From Candidatus Anstonellales archaeon (lineage in GTDB: Archaea; Micrarchaeota; Micrarchaeia; Anstonellales; J096): a stretch of DNA of 64,000 nucleotides. The stretch lies in contig JAWAFD010000001.1 in NCBI GenBank assembly GCA_038890745.1, positions 188,907 to 252,906 of the forward strand, written 5' to 3'. Positions 59,733 to 64,000 of the stretch are shown here, one piece after another. The notes below the pieces were generated by a model. That model saw only the letters and a list, made by a program, of their open reading frames with translations, was not told where the DNA came from and ran no database searches. Numbering within the stretch: the stretch's first letter is position 1; each line of letters starts with the position of its first letter. A program made the position numbers and the translations under genes.

Positions 59733-61227
59733 ACTTTCCCTCCACTATTTCTATAAGCTTTTTTTCTATAACTTCTTTTTTTTCTCCGGATAGCTCTGCT
59801 ATATCGCTGCTAAGCTGACTTATGTATTTCATAAAGAGCTGCTTCTTTGTTGCCCTTTCTCTCTCCCTTATTTTTCCTGAGATGTGCCTCTCAATCTGTC
59901 TGGCAGCCTCGAACACTGCATTCTTTATTTCGCTCATTATTTCCTCATCGTTTGTGATCGCCTGCTTTCCTGCACTTATGTAAGGAACATAGACACTGGA
60001 AAAATTAACAAATACTGTGATGGGCTCATTCTCAAAATCTTTTATTCCATATCTTTTCCAATCGATATTTTTTATAACCTCAGTAATGGCGCATGCGGAT
60101 GCATCAAAAATAAGCGGGGCCCTATTCGCAAACCTCATGATGCTTGATTTCTGGTTTCCTCCATACGCAATCCCGGCTTCAACAACATATGGTATCCCTC
60201 CTTTGTAAACCTTTGGGGGTCTCTCAACAACCGCGACTATTTCTGGATTGAGTATATTCTTAAGGGATTTTTCTATCTGCTCCTTTCCTATTGGAATTAC
60301 AGAATCGGTTGCAGGAGCGATCCATTTCACCTGTTTGAATGCTTTGACTATTTTTTCAGCCTCCTCCCAGCTTAGTGTTTTTGGGTTTCTCTTGAAATCT
60401 ATCTCCGGAACAAGCGCTTGCACCTCCTTCACCTTTTCCGCGCTTACCCTTGAAAAGCTCGCTTGCAAAAACGAGCTTATTCTTGTTGATTCCGATGCCT
60501 TTGCCCTTTCCAGAAGGTCATGCACATCCACTCCGAGAGGGTGGGGGAGCACCTCCTTTGGTTTTTGTGGGACTTGTTCAACAGAGCGCGGGAATATGAA
60601 AACCTGCCCGTCTGGGTCTGTGAATTCTATCTGCGCATGCGGATTTGCCAATGCGGTTCTCTTCAAGTATTCATATGCCCCATACTGCCCCTTATCATAC
60701 TTTACATTTCCAAACTCTCCCCTTACAACAATCCCTCTAAAATCCCCGTGGGTTTCAGAGCTGTTAGTAACCACCGGTTCGTTTGTTTTCAAATCCACGC
60801 TCAGATCACACTCAAAGATCTTTCCATTATGCCCAGAGATCACATGAATAGGTTTACCGGTTGTTAGCAGAGCATACATCGTGCACCCTGCGGCGCCTAT
60901 TCCCTGCTGCCCTCTCTGCTGCATGTACCTATGGAATTTTGTTCCGGTTAGCATCTGTCCTAATGCCTTTCCTACAAGGTTTGGTGGTATCCCGGGTCCA
61001 TTATCCTGGACTGTTACAACGTACCTTTCCTCTCCAACCTCTTCTATTTTTATCTTTATCTCAGGCAAGATTCCTGCCTCTTCGCATGCATCCAAGCTGT
61101 TTGTTACGTACTCATGCACAATTGTTGTAAGGCTTCTTATCTTTCCGCTGAAACCTAGCATTTGAGCGTTCTTTTTGAAGAACTCTGTAATCGAATATTC
61201 TCTGAAATTCTTTGACATCTCAGCCAT
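59722..61227 (-). CDS. top6B: DNA topoisomerase VI subunit B
   Basis: HEYVTNSLDA, DNGPG, RGQQGIG, RFANRAPL; start moved to ATG 61227. Confidence 0.96.
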   Translation of the reverse strand: MAEMSKNFREYSITEFFKKNAQMLGFSGKIRSLTTIVHEYVTNSLDACEEAGILPEIKIKIEEVGEERYVVTVQDNGPGIPPNLVGKALGQMLTGTKFHRYMQQRGQQGIGAAGCTMYALLTTGKPIHVISGHNGKIFECDLSVDLKTNEPVVTNSSETHGDFRGIVVRGEFGNVKYDKGQYGAYEYLKRTALANPHAQIEFTDPDGQVFIFPRSVEQVPQKPKEVLPHPLGVDVHDLLERAKASESTRISSFLQASFSRVSAEKVKEVQALVPEIDFKRNPKTLSWEEAEKIVKAFKQVKWIAPATDSVIPIGKEQIEKSLKNILNPEIVAVVERPPKVYKGGIPYVVEAGIAYGGNQKSSIMRFANRAPLIFDASACAITEVIKNIDWKRYGIKDFENEPITVFVNFSSVYVPYISAGKQAITNDEEIMSEIKNAVFEAARQIERHISGKIRERERATKKQLFMKYISQLSSDIAELSGEKKEVIEKKLIEIVEGKYGG

Positions 61228-61771
61228 GTTTCTCCCCTCTGATTCTTGATAGCATAAGATTTTTTCTTGCTTTTGCAAGGTAGTTCAGGACTGTTGAGTG
61301 CATCGCACCTTCTATGATCATGTTAATCGCTTCCGTTGCAATATCTATGCTGTCAACCGGCCCTATCACACCTACCGTATGACCGTATACGCTTATGTAG
61401 CTATCCGAAGCATTTTCTATCTCGCTTTTTATCCTCCCTTTCTCCCCTATAATCCTTCCTTTTATCCTTCTCATTGCATTCTCACTATTCGCATACTCTT
61501 TAAGATTTATTATATGAAAATGATATCCCTCTTTTAGTAGCTTGAGTGCAACCCTTGCCTCAAACCCCCTTCCTATTGCGCGTACAACATCTTTTGCAAA
61601 GTATATTTTATCCGCATCTCCCTCCAGCATAACCTCCCCTTCTTCGTTCGCTTTTATCCTTACCCCGGCTGCATTTTCCACTTCCTTTTTTATCCTCTCA
61701 TTCTCTCCTATAAGCGCAGCCACCCTTTCAGCGGGTATCTTTATTATTTCCTGTGCCCTTTCGCTCATCAT
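61220..61771 (-). CDS. KH-domain pre-rRNA processing protein (Pno1/Dim2-like)
   Basis: ERVAALIG, AIGRGF, KGRIIGEKG. Confidence 0.92.
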   Translation of the reverse strand: MMSERAQEIIKIPAERVAALIGENERIKKEVENAAGVRIKANEEGEVMLEGDADKIYFAKDVVRAIGRGFEARVALKLLKEGYHFHIINLKEYANSENAMRRIKGRIIGEKGRIKSEIENASDSYISVYGHTVGVIGPVDSIDIATEAINMIIEGAMHSTVLNYLAKARKNLMLSRIRGEKHG

Positions 61772-62484
61772 TTTCCCTCGTTGTATTGGATTATTTTTTG
61801 AAGGAGGTGTGCAATGTATTTGTTGGTTTCCTCTTTTAAAGCTTTCTTTGCCTGCTCTCCAAGAAGCTCGTTTTTTACATTCTGCATCGCCTCTGCAGAT
61901 AGCATCCTCACCTTCTCGTCCCAGTCGTCTATGAGTGCGATGAAAACTTTCTGCACATCCTCATCTTTTTTCGCAAGGTTTTTTAGTGCTTCAAGCGCCA
62001 TGTACTGAACATCATCTATCTCCTCCCGTGCTGTTTCTATAAGCTCAGGCTTGAATTCTTTCTCAACCTCCTCGTTGTTTATTTTTGAAAGCAACGCGAG
62101 AACTGCTTCCCTATCCTCTCCAATCCTTTCCCTAAGCCACCCCACTACTTCAGGGCACTCTTTTATTAACCTGTCCACCCCAGCAACAATAGAGGGAGAG
62201 CCATTCCCGATTTTTAAAAAATTCGCAAAAGCATCCTTCATGCCTGCCATGAAAAAAAGCTTTGCAGAGAGATACGCTAGCCGGTTTGCACTCATGTTCA
62301 CTATGTACACTCTTTTTGGTGCGTTTGCATACTCCGCGGCCACATTTCCCATAATTCCCCCTACATTCTTCGCAATCTCGCATGCTTCCTTCTCCTTCTT
62401 CTCAACCATTAGCTTAATGCATTTCCAGAATATGTCGCTTATGTTCCTTTCAGCCAGCTCCTCTCCTTCAATATACTTCCGCAT
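61768..62484 (-). CDS. HEAT-repeat hypothetical protein
   Basis: DDWDEKVRMLSAEAM-type helical repeats. Confidence 0.7.
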   Translation of the reverse strand: MRKYIEGEELAERNISDIFWKCIKLMVEKKEKEACEIAKNVGGIMGNVAAEYANAPKRVYIVNMSANRLAYLSAKLFFMAGMKDAFANFLKIGNGSPSIVAGVDRLIKECPEVVGWLRERIGEDREAVLALLSKINNEEVEKEFKPELIETAREEIDDVQYMALEALKNLAKKDEDVQKVFIALIDDWDEKVRMLSAEAMQNVKNELLGEQAKKALKEETNKYIAHLLQKIIQYNEGK

Positions 62485-62524
62485 CTGTTCACCTTTTTAA
62501 AAACTATTCCTTCCGATTACTATT

Positions 62525-63151
62525 ATGGATAATAAAGAAATGGTTAAAAGGTTAAAGGAAACTGGTTTTCTGCTCTCCCCGGTTGTTGAAAACGCCATGC
62601 TATCCATAGATAGAAAATATTTTGTTCCTGAAAAGTACATAGAGGATGCATACTATGATGTTGCCCTTCCCATAAAAAATCAATCCACTATCTCTGCTCC
62701 TGGCGTGGTTGCGTTCATGCTTTCCCATCTGGACTTGAAAAAAGGTCAGGATGTTTTGGAGGTTGGGACGGGTTCAGGGTATAATGCAGCCATCATCGCC
62801 AAGATCATCTCCCCCGGAAAACTTACCACAACCGAGATAGATGGGGAGGTTTTGGAGATCGCAAGAAAAAATCTTTCGCGTTTCAATTTCAAAAACATAG
62901 AGTTGATTCACTGCGATGGAAGCGCGGGGTATGAAAAAAATGCTCCTTATGATAGAATAATAGTGACCGGTGCCATGCCCGCCATTCCAGAATCCCTCCG
63001 CAGCCAGCTCAAGCCAGACGGTCTTCTCATCTCTCCTGTTGGTCAGTATTTTCAAAAATTAGTTCTATACTCAAAAAAGGATAAGACATACAAGGAGCTT
63101 TTGGATGTGGTTTTTGTGCCGATAGTCGGAAAAGACGGTTTTAAAATTTAA
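62525..63151 (+). CDS. pcm: Protein-L-isoaspartate O-methyltransferase
   Basis: AYYDVALPI, STISAP, LEVGTGSGY, APYDRI, VVFVP. Confidence 0.94.
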   Translation: MDNKEMVKRLKETGFLLSPVVENAMLSIDRKYFVPEKYIEDAYYDVALPIKNQSTISAPGVVAFMLSHLDLKKGQDVLEVGTGSGYNAAIIAKIISPGKLTTTEIDGEVLEIARKNLSRFNFKNIELIHCDGSAGYEKNAPYDRIIVTGAMPAIPESLRSQLKPDGLLISPVGQYFQKLVLYSKKDKTYKELLDVVFVPIVGKDGFKI

Positions 63152-63160
63152 AAACAATAC

Positions 63161-63380
63161 AAGCCTCGGACGGGGATCGAACCCGAACCGCAGGGAAACC
63201 ACCAGCGGGTTTCCCCTCAGTTTGAGGCTCCTCCTGATCCCCTTCCTGCAACCTTTTTTTTAAGAATTATGAGCCTCGGACGGGGATCGAACCGAGCTTT
63301 TAGGGGGGAAGTATCCCCCCTGAAAAGCTACGCTCGCAAAATCACCCCCCTCACTTTTGGATAACAGAACTTACTGTATA
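63161..63380 (-). repeat. Two ~110-bp units, each a hairpin followed by a copy of the tRNA-Thr 3' end
   Basis: AGCCTCGGACGGGGATCGAACC at 63162, 63272 and 63381 (period 110/109); hairpins at 63186-63222 and 63295-63329. Confidence 0.9.
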
Positions 63381-63452
63381 AGCCTCGGACGGGGATCGAA
63401 CCCGTGACCTCTTGCTTACCAAGCAAGCGCTCTACCACTGAGCTACCGAGGC
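63381..63452 (-). tRNA. tRNA-Thr(GGT), intronless
   Basis: GCCTCGG/CCGAGGC acceptor, CTTGC-TTGGTAA-GCAAG anticodon arm, GGTTCGATCCC. Confidence 0.96.
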
Positions 63453-63538
63453 ATTAGTTCCCTTATGCTGGGAATCATCAGGATGGGAAAATTTTTGATA
63501 GAAAACCTTAAATATACTTTTTCTCATAAACAAGACAC

Positions 63539-63979
63539 ATGAGTAAGTTTGGTAGGACAATAAAAAGGGTTGGTGAACGCATACTATTTACATTAACCCC
63601 TTTAATCCTCTCCTGTGCATTTTTGCATAGAGCTCCTAAGGTCGAGAATATGCAGAATAATAAACAAGTTGAAGTGGACACAGCAAACGCAGAAGTTGTA
63701 GAGAATTGGTGGGATGAGGTACGGAAAAGAGTGGATGTAGAAAAAGAGTTAGCCTATTGGAAAGTTGTTCTCCACGATGATTGGGTTAAAGATACAGCAC
63801 GGTTTGTTTATGTTGTTGAAGGAACAATAAGCTATAGAGAATGGCTTGGAGTTCCTTGGAACTCTCTTTCAAGAGAGGAACAGAAAAAATTAATTTTAAA
63901 TAATTTAAGTCTAGGAACAGGAGGCAAAGACCCAGAACCGATATCTCCACCAATGCCAGAAATCGGCACATGGAAATAA
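63539..63979 (+). CDS. Hypothetical exported protein (possible lipoprotein)
   Basis: Basic N-terminus, hydrophobic stretch ending ILSC. Confidence 0.6.
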   Translation: MSKFGRTIKRVGERILFTLTPLILSCAFLHRAPKVENMQNNKQVEVDTANAEVVENWWDEVRKRVDVEKELAYWKVVLHDDWVKDTARFVYVVEGTISYREWLGVPWNSLSREEQKKLILNNLSLGTGGKDPEPISPPMPEIGTWK

Positions 63980-64000
63980 TTTTCCTATTTTTCCATGCTT

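Noticed and set aside
63161..63405. CRISPR array or split-tRNA halves
   Set aside because: The repeats are tRNA sequence, the spacers are ~85 nt and structured, and no cas genes are present. The leaders fold on themselves, I found no BHB, and an intact tRNA-Thr is adjacent.

Overview
Archaeal chromosome segment, most likely from a DPANN archaeon of the Micrarchaeota type. This assignment is inferred from GatD, archaeal MAT, Nop5/fibrillarin, topoisomerase VI, AMP phosphorylase, two-domain ThyX, BHB introns and compact packing. The window opens in an intron-containing 23S rRNA 3' end. Next is an AT-rich defence island: a type I R-M operon with a Kiwa-like gene pair inserted between hsdM and hsdS, plus remnants of a type III Res gene and an ATPase gene. 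About 30 kb of mostly housekeeping genes follow. The window holds four tRNA genes (two with related T-loop introns) and a box C/D sRNA. The most striking region is 43.1-57.2 kb. It has six tandem, divergent paralogues of a CedA/VirB6-like polytopic membrane protein, a 1555-aa membrane-anchored protein, a Cys-rich lipoprotein with a lytic-transglycosylase-like domain, and a divergently transcribed Cys-rich lipoprotein. Together they form a candidate cell-contact/translocation apparatus with no adjacent motor ATPase. Other oddities are regularly spaced tRNA-Thr 3'-end repeats with hairpins, gene-specific repeat arrays in front of all three stand-alone ATPase genes, and two orphan zincin paralogues (one fused to ankyrin). 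All calls come from reading motifs by eye; no searches were run.
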